Shown here in pieces: positions 18,802 to 27,211 of a stretch of DNA of 35,462 nucleotides. The position numbers and the translations under genes were made by a program. The DNA lies in the NCBI GenBank assembly GCA_964449065.1, contig CAYVAZ010000012.1, positions 1 to 35,462 on the forward strand, in the 5' to 3' direction. The stretch is from an uncultured bacterium. GTDB lineage: Bacteria > Hinthialibacterota > Hinthialibacteria > Hinthialibacterales > Hinthialibacteraceae. Each line of letters starts with the position of its first letter. Position 1 is the stretch's first letter. The notes under the pieces were generated by a model that saw only the letters and a list, made by a program, of their open reading frames with translations, was not told the DNA's origin and ran no database searches.

Positions 18802-19986
18802 ATGCATATTTTCCTATTACGCCTCTCTGAAGTTTTGATTCTATTATTTGTGTTATCGGGTTTTTTAACCATCATTACCACCGCAACCGGCAATCAAAAA
18901 TGGCAGCGCGTTCACGTAATCGCCATTCCCGTCTTGGCCATTATTCTGATGTTCACCTATTGGTACGCGCAAACCGGATACAGGGAAAACGACGCGGTAT
19001 TTTGGAGCCGCATGATGGCCGGCGATGGCTCTAAGTTGCTATCCTTCGCGTCGTTGGGGCTTATTCTCAGCGGCGGCTTCGCCCTGGCAGCGATGTCGTT
19101 GGGCAACCGTTTCACCGATCTGCTCATCGGCGCGGTATGCTTTGTCGCGTTGTGGGTCATCATTTATTGGCACCCCACTCCGCATTATGTCCCGCTGACG
19201 GAAACTCAAGACAACATAGTCTGGCTGGCATTACTTGCGGGCGCGGCAGCCGTTTGCATTTTGATCTATATCTTCCTGCAAAAATATTTAAAATCATTAC
19301 GTCCAATAGCCGCCGTGCTGGCTGGATTAACCGCCATGATGCCGCTCACGTTGGTTTTCGCCCATGTGCGCACCCTTACTCCCGTGAATTTGCGACCGCT
19401 TTCGGATGTGGAACGCATTCAAACGATGGGCTGTCTTTCCTGCCATACCATGAACGGCATGGGGCAAGAGGTACCCGGCGGCGCGATTGAATCGGTCGCC
19501 AGCCGGAATGAAGACGTGGTATTGGCGTTTATGCTTGAACCCACTGCCGAAAAAGCCGAAGAACTTAAAATCCGATCCGAAGCCACCGGTGAGATGGCCG
19601 GGGTAAAACTCACCGAAGAAGAAGCCAAACTGTTAACCGAAGCCATGGCCGGCCTGTTCGAAGTCAAACCGCCTACCATGCTTGGCCCTGGAAACGAACA
19701 CATTGAAACACTCTTGACACAAAACAATTGTCTCGCCTGCCACTCGGTGAAAGGCGAAGGCGCGCCTGAAGGCGGCTTAGGGAAAGCGCTGGAGTATGCC
19801 GCCGACCGGCCTTATGACATCATCGTCGAATGGATGATGGATCCATCTCGCGAAAAGGCCATTGAACTCGGCATTCGCGGCGAGATGGAAGCCATCGGTG
19901 CCATGGACGGCCTCGCCCTCAACCGCGAAGACGCAGAAGCATTCGCCGAATGGGTTCGCACCCTCGATCCGCCCAAAGAAGAATAA
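18802..19986 (+). CDS. Polytopic membrane protein with two C-terminal class I cytochrome c domains
   Basis: About 6 hydrophobic segments, then CLSCH (19432-19446) and CLACH (19729-19743), each followed by a candidate Met ligand (GEMAG, GAMDG). Confidence 0.85.
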   Translation: MHIFLLRLSEVLILLFVLSGFLTIITTATGNQKWQRVHVIAIPVLAIILMFTYWYAQTGYRENDAVFWSRMMAGDGSKLLSFASLGLILSGGFALAAMSLGNRFTDLLIGAVCFVALWVIIYWHPTPHYVPLTETQDNIVWLALLAGAAAVCILIYIFLQKYLKSLRPIAAVLAGLTAMMPLTLVFAHVRTLTPVNLRPLSDVERIQTMGCLSCHTMNGMGQEVPGGAIESVASRNEDVVLAFMLEPTAEKAEELKIRSEATGEMAGVKLTEEEAKLLTEAMAGLFEVKPPTMLGPGNEHIETLLTQNNCLACHSVKGEGAPEGGLGKALEYAADRPYDIIVEWMMDPSREKAIELGIRGEMEAIGAMDGLALNREDAEAFAEWVRTLDPPKEE

Positions 19987-20198
19987 AAAGCCCTACAAGG
20001 GAAGCCGTATCGAACGCATCTTGTAGCCCCACCGGTTTCTCACCCATCAATTATCAATTATCAAATCTCTCGGATTTGGTTATTTTTTTAACCACCATTT
20101 TTTTTGTATTTTTCATTTTTTTGCCCTCAAGTTGCCAATCTTTGTTATCATTTACGCAGGCGCATTTGCTTATAATTTTAGCGGTAGAGGAAACGTAT

Positions 20199-20654
20199 AT
20201 GATCACAGCCGACAACATTCAAGGTTTAGAGTTCTTTGACAGCATTTCACAAGATCAAGCAGAGAAGATCGCTGCCATCGCGTTTTTGACGAATTACAAA
20301 TCCGGCGATGTGATTCAAGCAGAAGGGGACGACTGCACAGACTTTTACTTTGTCCATGCCGGATTGGTGGCGTTGGAAATCTCCATGCAGCAGGAAAACC
20401 ACGTCACCATCGATACCATCAAACCCGGCGAACTGTTCGGCTGGTCGGCTTTTGTGCCGCCCCATCTAGTCACGGCAAAATCCGTATGCAAAGAAGATGT
20501 TACCGTCATTCAAATTCCCAGCGTCCCCTTTATGGAAATCTTGCGCAACGATGACAAACTGCGCGCCGATATTATGGAACGTGTGCTGTACATCGTAGCC
20601 AACCGGCTCAAGGATACCCGGTCGCAACTGAACTATTTACTGGCCTGGAATTAA
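20199..20654 (+). CDS. Stand-alone cyclic nucleotide-binding (Crp/Fnr effector) domain protein
   Basis: Start reset to ATG 20199 (GAGGA RBS); GDVIQAEGD, FYFVHAGLV, PGELFGWSA; ends without an HTH. Confidence 0.88.
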   Translation: MITADNIQGLEFFDSISQDQAEKIAAIAFLTNYKSGDVIQAEGDDCTDFYFVHAGLVALEISMQQENHVTIDTIKPGELFGWSAFVPPHLVTAKSVCKEDVTVIQIPSVPFMEILRNDDKLRADIMERVLYIVANRLKDTRSQLNYLLAWN

Positions 20655-20682
20655 CGATTGACAGCAAACTGCATAATAAATT

Positions 20683-20712
20683 AAGGGCAGACCATCACAT
20701 CTACCTTTTTTT
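20683..20712 (+). terminator. Possible intrinsic terminator
   Basis: Imperfect stem AAGGGCAGA...TCTACCTT followed by a T run, just after the cNMP gene. Confidence 0.4.
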
Positions 20713-20833
20713 ATGCCGATGCAAGTTGAGATGGTTGCGTGTTGAACACGGAATGTCTTTCTTTCGCCGGACTTATGCCGCGCTTATCAATCATGATTTA
20801 TTTAAAATGGGATTGATAAATTGCCGTACGATT

Positions 20834-20916
20834 GCAGGGGCTACTCTTCGTGGCTGCCCTGCGTAAGGGCCGGCACGTGAGATTGTCTCTACAAACCTAA
20901 AGTTAATGACATTGGG
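20834..20916. repeat. Degenerate REP doublet plus terminal motif
   Basis: GCAGGGGC...GCTGCCCT...TGTCTCTAC followed by AAGTTAATGACATTGGG, which resembles the motif at 10583 and 13210. Confidence 0.45.
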
Positions 20917-21231
20917 GTTCGGAGTATTGATTGGCTGTCAGTACGCTTTAATCCCATTGCTTCTCTGGAAGAATCTCTAATTACCGAGAGAGATGACACG
21001 CGCCACTTGGTAAATGTTGGCTTGCATTTCGTTATGTCCCGATCAAGATATAAAAATGGTTGAAATCCATTATACTGCCTCCAATGGAACAGAAAGAAAC
21101 GGAACCATTTATCCTGTGGGAAATCTCAAGAGAGTAAATGACGGATGACCATACGGATGACCACATTGTTTCATCCAATTGATCTGTTTAGGGTTTGTTG
21201 TTCATCAATTTTTATTAGGGGAGAATGTACG

Positions 21232-23478
21232 ATGCCTTACCTGAGTGTCTTGTTTCGCGTTTGTATTTCTTGTTTTGTATTGCTGGTTGCGGGGGTACAC
21301 CTTTTACCGGTTTCTGCCGCCACGCCCGGATTTCGCGTACACCGTATGGATGACCGAATCCAAAATACCGCCTGCGCCATTGGCCCTGATGGACATCTGT
21401 ATGTGATTTCTATGAATTACCACGAACAAACCGGGTCTGCCAAAGTCGTGCGGTACTTCTTGCAAGAAGATGGGTACCCAACCGGCAAAAAAGAAACCGT
21501 CTACGATTGGGGACCGGATTCCGCGGCTCAACCGATTGGACTAGCATTTGACCCTTCAGCGTCGAAAGACCATTTGATCGCGTGGATTGCTTTAGGAGAA
21601 TCATTGCAAGGCCACAGCGGTTGGTCAGACCCTTGGGCGGGAAGAATCTATCGTGCCGAATTCCCAACCGCCGGGTCATCAAACGAAACCTCGCTACAAC
21701 TTAAAATCACCCATTTACCGCACGCGTTTCATACCGTAAACAATATAACATTTGGGCCGGACAAACGGCTGTATATATGCACCGGCTCAACCACCACCTT
21801 GGGTTGGGAACCCCACACCACCGAAGTCTTGTTATCCTGCGCCATCCTGCAAGCCGATGTCGATAAGATCCAAGATGTGCTTGATGTCAAAACCTCCGAC
21901 GGAGGCACGTATAACCCCTTCGCGCCGGATGCGTTGGTCAAATTATATGGAACAGCCATCCGGCAGCCGTATGATTGCACATGGCATCCCAGCGGCCGGC
22001 TGTACGCCTGCACCAATCAAAATGATGTCAATGGAAATACCGGGGCAGGCGGGAGCATTCCTAATGTCGCGAATGTACGGCCTCCAGAATTTTTAGCCAT
22101 CATCGAACCGGGAAAGACGTATGGGTTTCCCAACGCTTCCCGGGGTGAATTTGTCCTGATGGGAGGAAACCCCACGGCAGGAGACGACGGATGGACTGAA
22201 ATTGAAGAATACCCGGTTGGAATCACCCCGCCGGATACCTTTGATGTCAGTCTTTTACACAAAATCGATGAAATTGGCGGCGGCAGCGCGAATGGGATCC
22301 TCTCTTACCGTACGCCGGGTGCCTTGCAAGGGCGTATTATCTGCTGTTTTTACAGCTCCGAAAAAATCTATACGTTTACCGTCAGCCAAGATGGACGCGT
22401 GATCGACCGTGAACCTTTAAACAATGAACACGGTGAACCCATGGTTATACAAAATCCTTTGGATATTTTTGAACATCCTACACAGGGACATCTGTATGTC
22501 GCCGCTTATGGGAAACAAGATAAAGGCGAAGGCGGGGCGGTATATTTTTTAGAACGCACCGAACCACTTCAGACGCGTCCTGAGTTGTACACCAACCCCG
22601 CCGTCATCATGGGTGAAATCATTGAAGGCGAAGAAAACTGGTCGAATGCAATTGCGGTTTATTCACGCACCAACCAAAGCGCTCAATATCAGTTAACCAC
22701 CAATGTGGAATGGTTGAAAATCGATCCACCATCGGGCACGATTCATGGTACACAAAACGTCAATGAACATCAGGTTTATTTAACCAAGCCACCAAAACCG
22801 GGAACCCATTACGCAAAGATAAAAATCTCATCAAATGATAAAACGGCTCAATCAGGAAGTCTAAACCTTTATGTGGAGCCGCTGAGCAACCAAAACCGCT
22901 TTTTTGTTTCCGCTGGAAATTCGTATGAGATAACTGCCGTTGATTTCCCTGTTAAACTGCCCTTGAAAGGCACCGTTATCAGCGCGGTTGACCAAGTAGA
23001 AGTCTCCTCCTTTTGGGAAGTAGAAAGCGGAAACCCTAATCAGATCACTTTACCAAGTGAAAATGTGCTGACAGGAACCGCGACAATTCACGCACCCGGC
23101 CAATACCGGCTGCGTCTTGTCGCAAAGCAAGGCAACCGCACCCGGCAAGCAAGAGTGACCTTCACGGTTGATGTGCCGAACAATAAAGCTCCCACTTTGA
23201 AACTAACCGCAAGCCGTAAGAAAGTGAAGATAGGAGAGGTGGTCCAATTATCCGCGTCAGCACAAGATGATGGGCTGCCGAAACAAAATCACACCCTCTC
23301 TTATCAATGGACACGGGAAGGCACAGGAGCGGGTATCGTGACATTTTCCGATCCGCAAGGGAAGTCAACCGAAGCCCGGTTCAGCCAAGCGGCCCCTTAC
23401 CGAATCCGGTGTACCGTATCGGACGGCGTACGCTCGACGCATCACGACATTGAAATGATGGTTGCCCCAGCAGAATGA
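21232..23478 (+). CDS. Secreted glucose/sorbosone dehydrogenase-like beta-propeller with BACON-like and PKD/Ig-like domains
   Basis: Signal peptide after ATG 21232 (GGGGAG RBS); HTVNNITFGPDKRLY, IRQPYDCTWHPSGRLY, GKTYGFP; then WLKIDPPSGT and DDGLP...YQW...TVSDG. Confidence 0.75.
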   Translation: MPYLSVLFRVCISCFVLLVAGVHLLPVSAATPGFRVHRMDDRIQNTACAIGPDGHLYVISMNYHEQTGSAKVVRYFLQEDGYPTGKKETVYDWGPDSAAQPIGLAFDPSASKDHLIAWIALGESLQGHSGWSDPWAGRIYRAEFPTAGSSNETSLQLKITHLPHAFHTVNNITFGPDKRLYICTGSTTTLGWEPHTTEVLLSCAILQADVDKIQDVLDVKTSDGGTYNPFAPDALVKLYGTAIRQPYDCTWHPSGRLYACTNQNDVNGNTGAGGSIPNVANVRPPEFLAIIEPGKTYGFPNASRGEFVLMGGNPTAGDDGWTEIEEYPVGITPPDTFDVSLLHKIDEIGGGSANGILSYRTPGALQGRIICCFYSSEKIYTFTVSQDGRVIDREPLNNEHGEPMVIQNPLDIFEHPTQGHLYVAAYGKQDKGEGGAVYFLERTEPLQTRPELYTNPAVIMGEIIEGEENWSNAIAVYSRTNQSAQYQLTTNVEWLKIDPPSGTIHGTQNVNEHQVYLTKPPKPGTHYAKIKISSNDKTAQSGSLNLYVEPLSNQNRFFVSAGNSYEITAVDFPVKLPLKGTVISAVDQVEVSSFWEVESGNPNQITLPSENVLTGTATIHAPGQYRLRLVAKQGNRTRQARVTFTVDVPNNKAPTLKLTASRKKVKIGEVVQLSASAQDDGLPKQNHTLSYQWTREGTGAGIVTFSDPQGKSTEARFSQAAPYRIRCTVSDGVRSTHHDIEMMVAPAE

Positions 23479-23536
23479 TTTCAACGCAAGCATGATAAAG
23501 GGTCAAGATCATACAGCCATCCGCATTTAAGATAAC

Positions 23537-23715
23537 AATACCATTTTCAATTAGGATCGATCACTCAAATCGAAACGGCTTAACAGATTGCTTCGTTTGA
23601 TTACCCAGGAAAATACTTCTTAAAAATCGGTTGAATCTTTCTGGATTATGGATCTCTTCGCACCCCCTCTGTCCTCCTTGCGTCGGACAACTCCAAAGCA
23701 TTGGTGGGAGACAAA
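23537..23715. repeat. MITE-like repeat, copy 3 (3' truncated)
   Basis: Aligns with copy 2 from its first base (AATAC.ATTT.CAATT.GGAT) and with copy 1; the terminal hairpin is eroded. Confidence 0.85.
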
Positions 23716-23905
23716 GGCTTTTGCAGGGAAGATGCCGATACTATTATAAAAACCCATTTTCCGTTCCGTCATTCATCGTGAACGTTTCTATTTGCAAATG
23801 GGATTATTGCCAGTCCCTCATCACTCTTAAGAAACATTTTGTTTCTGTTTCGGTCTATCCATCAAGGGTTTTGTTGAGGGTTCGGTGCTCGTCAGTCGCC
23901 GCGCA

Positions 23906-24991
23906 TTACGGCTTCACATATTCCACATCCGGATGATGCGAATACCACGCGAACTGGAAGGCATACATCACGCCGGCATCTTCAGGCAGGGAGGATTCAT
24001 CAAACACAACCGCGCACGCTTCCGGGAAATCGGTATACCGGATCACAACTTCATGCCCCCCAATCTGTGTGCGCCATTTGTTTTCATCTTTCTTGTTTTC
24101 CACAACTACCGGATACGGAACCGGGTACAAATCATCATCCCACTGCAATATCATCATCCCGGTTTTATTTTTATATTGATCTTCCGGCGGCATGGGTATG
24201 ACCTCAAACTGGAGCGTATCCATACTATGAAACCGCCCATATGGGTCCGCCTGATACTGCCGCATCTTAGAGGTGTTGGGCTTTATCACTTTCGAATCGG
24301 GATACCGCTCCTTCCAATCATCCCACCGCGACATTTCACACGGCAGCGTCTTGAGCGTGGTTCCCTTCTTCGCCTCCGGCCCGCTCACCGCCCGAAACTG
24401 CAACTGGCTCCACAAACTTTCTTGCGCGGGGTCTTCACGCCGGTCAAACATCAACAGGGTTGAGTTATACAATAACCCGCTCTCGGCAAACTCCAGCGTT
24501 TTTCCGTTCACCCGCCGGTCAAATACAACCACGCTGTCGCCAAAGGGGCTGTACGTTACCGCAACCGGAACCCCGCCCACTTCATCGTTAATCACTTCAT
24601 GCCACTGCAAAATGCGGATGGGATACGCGCGCGCATCCCCATTGATACGCAACCCAACCACCCGGTCGCGTGAAACTTGATACTTTCCCCGTATCTCTTC
24701 ATTGATCTCATCTACTGCGGCAATGGGGATGAATTCCGGATGGTCGAAATTCTCCAAGCCGTCTTTCGGCAGGCCGCTTACCGCGATGTTTTCTTTGGGA
24801 ACCTTGAGGTTGGCTAAATCAAACCCGTACGATTCAATGTGCACGCCATCCCCGATGGTCTTCTCTTTTTCCCGGTTCATAACGTTCATGATGTTGATAA
24901 TGATGCCAAAGGAGCTCAGTATCAATACACTGATAATTACAGGGATGATGTAAGACTTTCGCTGTGGAGGTGTCGGGACTGGAGCGTTCAT
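23906..24991 (-). CDS. DUF3179-domain membrane-anchored protein
   Basis: N-terminal TM; ARAYPIRILQWHEVIND, SGLLYNS.LLMFDR, SLWSQL...AVSGP, WKERYPDSKV, FAWYSHHP. Confidence 0.88.
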   Translation of the reverse strand: MNAPVPTPPQRKSYIIPVIISVLILSSFGIIINIMNVMNREKEKTIGDGVHIESYGFDLANLKVPKENIAVSGLPKDGLENFDHPEFIPIAAVDEINEEIRGKYQVSRDRVVGLRINGDARAYPIRILQWHEVINDEVGGVPVAVTYSPFGDSVVVFDRRVNGKTLEFAESGLLYNSTLLMFDRREDPAQESLWSQLQFRAVSGPEAKKGTTLKTLPCEMSRWDDWKERYPDSKVIKPNTSKMRQYQADPYGRFHSMDTLQFEVIPMPPEDQYKNKTGMMILQWDDDLYPVPYPVVVENKKDENKWRTQIGGHEVVIRYTDFPEACAVVFDESSLPEDAGVMYAFQFAWYSHHPDVEYVKP

Positions 24992-24997
24992 AATAAT

Positions 24998-25984
24998 TTA
25001 GTAGCGTGGAAATAACGGATGAAGGCTAACTTCCTGAACGGCATCGTTCGCTTGAGTGAGGGTATGCATAATCTGTTCCGGCTGTTCGCTTTTGTCGATC
25101 ACCATCAACCCAAGCAAAAACGGCAGGTAGATCAAACTGGCCAAAAACAATTTCCGCGCGTTCGCATTGTTCTTGGTTTGCATGAGGATCAATCCCTGCC
25201 ACAAAAAGTAAGCTCCTAAAATGACGCTGCCAATGGCATAAATAATCCCGGTATAACCAAAGAGAGTAAGGATCAACGCCAATGGAATCATCGCCACCAA
25301 ATAAAGTACAATCACCCGGCACGTCAATCCACCGGATTGATCCACAATCGGCAGCATCCGAAAACCGCCCCGCTCATAGTCATCTCGGTACAGCCACGCC
25401 AGCGCCATAAAGTGCGGAATCTGCCAGGCAAACAAGATCGCGCCCAGCAGCCATGCGCCCGCTCCCAACCCACCGGCCGCCCCTGCCCAGCCGATCATCG
25501 GCGGTACGGCGCCGCAGATCGCGCCTACCAATGTATTCATGGTGGAGAGTGGTTTCATGGGCGTATAAACCAATACGTAAAGCAGCACATTCAACAAGGC
25601 CAACCCCGCGGCAATGTCATTCACGTATAAAGATAAAATAAGGGTTCCTAAGATGGAGGCAGCGATGCCAAACCCGAACGCATACTGAGGAGACATATTT
25701 CCGGAAGGCAGCGGACGGTTTCGCGTACGGATCATTTTCGCGTCCCGGTTTACTTCAAACCATTGATTGAGGGCGTTCGCGCCTGCCGCGGCAAACCCTG
25801 TCCCGATCAAGGTCCAAAACAAGGCGGGCAATTGAAACAACACATCCGGAGAACCCAGGATGAATCCCACAAAAGTCGTCGTTAATACTAGCAAAGAAAG
25901 CCTTGCTTTCGATAACTCTAAATGAAGGCGATAGATTGACGGTGTTGCAGACAAAGATTTCGCGGCGTTGAATTCTACGGACAT
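24998..25984 (-). CDS. cyoE: Protoheme IX farnesyltransferase (heme O synthase)
   Basis: NALNQWFE..RDAKMIRTRNRPLPSG, YTPMK, GAVPPMIGW, WQIPHFMALAW.YRDDY..GG..MLP. Confidence 0.96.
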   Translation of the reverse strand: MSVEFNAAKSLSATPSIYRLHLELSKARLSLLVLTTTFVGFILGSPDVLFQLPALFWTLIGTGFAAAGANALNQWFEVNRDAKMIRTRNRPLPSGNMSPQYAFGFGIAASILGTLILSLYVNDIAAGLALLNVLLYVLVYTPMKPLSTMNTLVGAICGAVPPMIGWAGAAGGLGAGAWLLGAILFAWQIPHFMALAWLYRDDYERGGFRMLPIVDQSGGLTCRVIVLYLVAMIPLALILTLFGYTGIIYAIGSVILGAYFLWQGLILMQTKNNANARKLFLASLIYLPFLLGLMVIDKSEQPEQIMHTLTQANDAVQEVSLHPLFPRY

Positions 25985-26179
25985 GGTAAATTTGTACCTT
26001 AGTTGCCAATTAATTTCTTCTGGATTGTGTGAGAATAATGATACTTATTCTACATGGAAGGACAAGCGTAATGACATACGAACTTCGAACGCAACCATCT
26101 TGAAACGTGGTCAAACTTGCTTGAACCTGTATACTGAAAGAAATAATTACATATAAAATACAAACCGAGTTCATACACA

Positions 26180-27181
26180 ATGAATCGCTCTTTCTTTGCG
26201 CAAGCGGATTTCGATGGAACGTGGAAAGAAATATTGGATATATTCTTGCCGGATTTTCTCCGTCTATTCTTTCCGGAAGTATATAAGGATATTGACTGGA
26301 ATCAGGGATTTGAATCGCTGGAACAAGAACTGCACCGCATTGTGCAGGAGGCTGAAGTGGGGCAGCGGTACGTAGACAAGTTGATTAAAGTGTACCGAAA
26401 AAATGGAGAAGAAGCTTGGGTATGCATTCATATTGAAATTCAATCACAGCCGGACCATAAATTATCCGAAAGGATGTATATCTACAACAGTTCCATTTTT
26501 CTGAGATACAAGCAACCCGTGATGAGTTTGGCCGTATTGGGCGATGGAGACCCGAATTGGCGCCCGGAATCATTTTCGTATACACTGTGGGGAAGCCAAG
26601 TTCGGTTGACGTTTCCAACGGTGAAGCTGCTGGATTTTCAAGACCGAATCGAGGAGTTTGTTCAAACCCAAAACCCGTTCGCGTTTTTCGTCGAAGCGCA
26701 TTTGAAAACCATAGAATCCAAATCAAACATGCAGGAGCGCTTTAACTGCAAGGAAGAAATAACCAAACGGATGTTGGAACAAGGTCTGCCGGAACGGGAC
26801 GTGTATCATTTATTTAAATTTATTGACGCACTGATGACGTTGCCGCGTGAGTTAGAACAAGAGTTTATCAAAAGTATCCATCTTTATCAGGAGGAAAAGA
26901 ACATGCCGATCATCGCACCTTTTGAACAACTGGCCATGGAAAAAGGGATGGAAAAAGGGATGGAGAAAGGTAATTTACAAGCAACCCGATCCATCTTGCT
27001 GGAAATTCTCGCGGAGCGATTCGGCGAATTGCCGGCCTCTACGGTTCATTCCATCAACGCGGTTGAGGATGTCTCTGCTTTGCGGGCCATTTTAAAACAA
27101 GCATTTAAAGCCAAGTCGCTGGATACCATTCATCCATTCATTGTTGAGGCCACAAAAAATACAAGCAGCCAAGATAATTGA
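26180..27181 (+). CDS. Rpn/YhgA-like PD-(D/E)XK nuclease (recombination-promoting nuclease / putative transposase family)
   Basis: DGTWKEIL..F...FL.LFFP, YVDKLIKV, IHIEIQSQ, ERMYIYN, (MEKG)3 repeat and C-terminal RFGELP helical domain. Confidence 0.85.
   Translation: MNRSFFAQADFDGTWKEILDIFLPDFLRLFFPEVYKDIDWNQGFESLEQELHRIVQEAEVGQRYVDKLIKVYRKNGEEAWVCIHIEIQSQPDHKLSERMYIYNSSIFLRYKQPVMSLAVLGDGDPNWRPESFSYTLWGSQVRLTFPTVKLLDFQDRIEEFVQTQNPFAFFVEAHLKTIESKSNMQERFNCKEEITKRMLEQGLPERDVYHLFKFIDALMTLPRELEQEFIKSIHLYQEEKNMPIIAPFEQLAMEKGMEKGMEKGNLQATRSILLEILAERFGELPASTVHSINAVEDVSALRAILKQAFKAKSLDTIHPFIVEATKNTSSQDN
26903..27181 (+). CDS. Putative internally initiated small Rpn protein (RpnS-like antitoxin, 92 aa)
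   Basis: AGGAGG at 26889-26894, 8 nt before an in-frame ATG at 26903, directly ahead of the MEKG repeats. Confidence 0.6.
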   Translation: MPIIAPFEQLAMEKGMEKGMEKGNLQATRSILLEILAERFGELPASTVHSINAVEDVSALRAILKQAFKAKSLDTIHPFIVEATKNTSSQDN

Positions 27182-27211
27182 TCTTACAGCGCTAGTTTCG
27201 CAGGTGATAGG

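Noticed and set aside
10279..23715. CRISPR array
   Set aside because: The repeats are dispersed, long and degenerate, with no regular repeat-spacer period and no cas genes.
23906..24991. Selenoprotein form of DUF3179
   Set aside because: No in-frame TGA, and the redox motif has no Cys/Sec.
26180..27181. Rpn gene as an active insertion sequence
   Set aside because: No terminal inverted repeats or target duplication seen, and the family is not shown to transpose.
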